DNA of 62,752 nucleotides, the filler included, from Nemertoderma westbladi (Eukaryota; Animalia; Xenacoelomorpha), in the NCBI GenBank assembly GCA_032718475.1. It is 3 parts of 3 records of this genome, joined end to end, with 100 filler letters (N's around TTAATTAATTAA, not from the genome) between each part and the next. Parts side by side here need not be neighbours in the genome. Positions count along the whole stretch, not along the records: positions 47,998 to 62,752 come from JAUCBJ010003995.1; 2 more parts are not named here. The stretch is one strand, 5' to 3'. A model generated the notes under the pieces. That model searched no databases and was not told the DNA's origin. It worked only from the letters and a program-made list of their open reading frames with translations. How positions within the stretch are numbered: the stretch's first letter is position 1; every line of letters starts with the position of its first letter. Position numbers and translations under genes: made by a program. This document shows, piece after piece, positions 62,092 to 62,752 of the stretch.

Positions 62092-62752
62092 CTTGGTTAC
62101 TGCTAGACAATTATAATTCTGTATCGGGATTATCTTTATATTAAACTAATTCTTATAAGGGATGTGTTTGTGTATAATATATTATATTATTACAAATTTC
62201 CAATTTTTTTCCAATTGTTCATAGATGGCGACATATTTGATTGAGTTTAACCTCCAACTGTGACATGCTAGACATTTCATTAGAGTACCAGGACTGGAGG
62301 AATTATTTCTGTGGTTGCATGATATAAGACAGCAAAGGAGCATCTGTCTAATAGGTTTATTTACTGTAGGGGCCTACTTAATATTATCTGACATCTTGTT
62401 GGCTAATATGGACGGGACGTGGATCCCAGAGTGATTGAAGTAAGTTGCAACATTGGGGTATTTCGTATTAGTTATTGTTTAATTTTGTTCCCTAGCAAAC
62501 AAACAGCTTCGATGACCATCTTAGATGAACAGCTTCGTGATGCGATAAGGTTTGGTGCAATATAGAAAGTTTTTAATCATAAATAAACAAGACTTAAGTT
62601 GGTTTTGGTTATATAAATTAGGGACGCTGTTATGTAAAAAGCATATAGCATATAGCGCGCTATTGGTGTGAAGAAATATTAATCAACCTGTACTCAGGAC
62701 TGATTATAGATAAGATAATATACTTATTCCAAAATTTCAACATTACATAACA

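Noticed and set aside
62224-62355. Possible host exon after a polypyrimidine-AG
   Set aside because: Stops in all three forward frames; no recognisable peptide.

Overview
Repeat-rich genomic DNA from a eukaryote, most likely an invertebrate animal, with two N-gaps padded with a TTAATTAATTAA linker. Two distinct, decayed BEL/Pao LTR retrotransposons dominate the window. Element 1 is on the minus strand (<1-13742) and lacks RT and most of RNase H. Element 2 is on the plus strand (24016-41798, about 18 kb) and is inserted in a 51-bp satellite. The main finding is that both elements carry, between pol and the 3' LTR (the usual env position), a long extra ORF. It encodes a DnaQ/DEDDy-type (WRN/EXD-like) 3'-5' exonuclease domain followed by three tandem Cys/His zinc-knuckle-like motifs. 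The two proteins are highly diverged but share the motifs DNEG, LP..LF...I.KIGS, D..ND, VDTQ, IG.LA, G..FK and IY.I.E. In element 1 the exonuclease half is tandemly duplicated in frame. The rest of the window holds an integrase+Ulp1 transposon remnant, a 252-bp palindrome, RTEX- and RTE-like LINEs (one split by a hAT-type MITE), a tRNA-derived SINE, and one intact intronless host gene (IQCG/DRC9). All domain calls come from motif recognition by eye; no searches were run.
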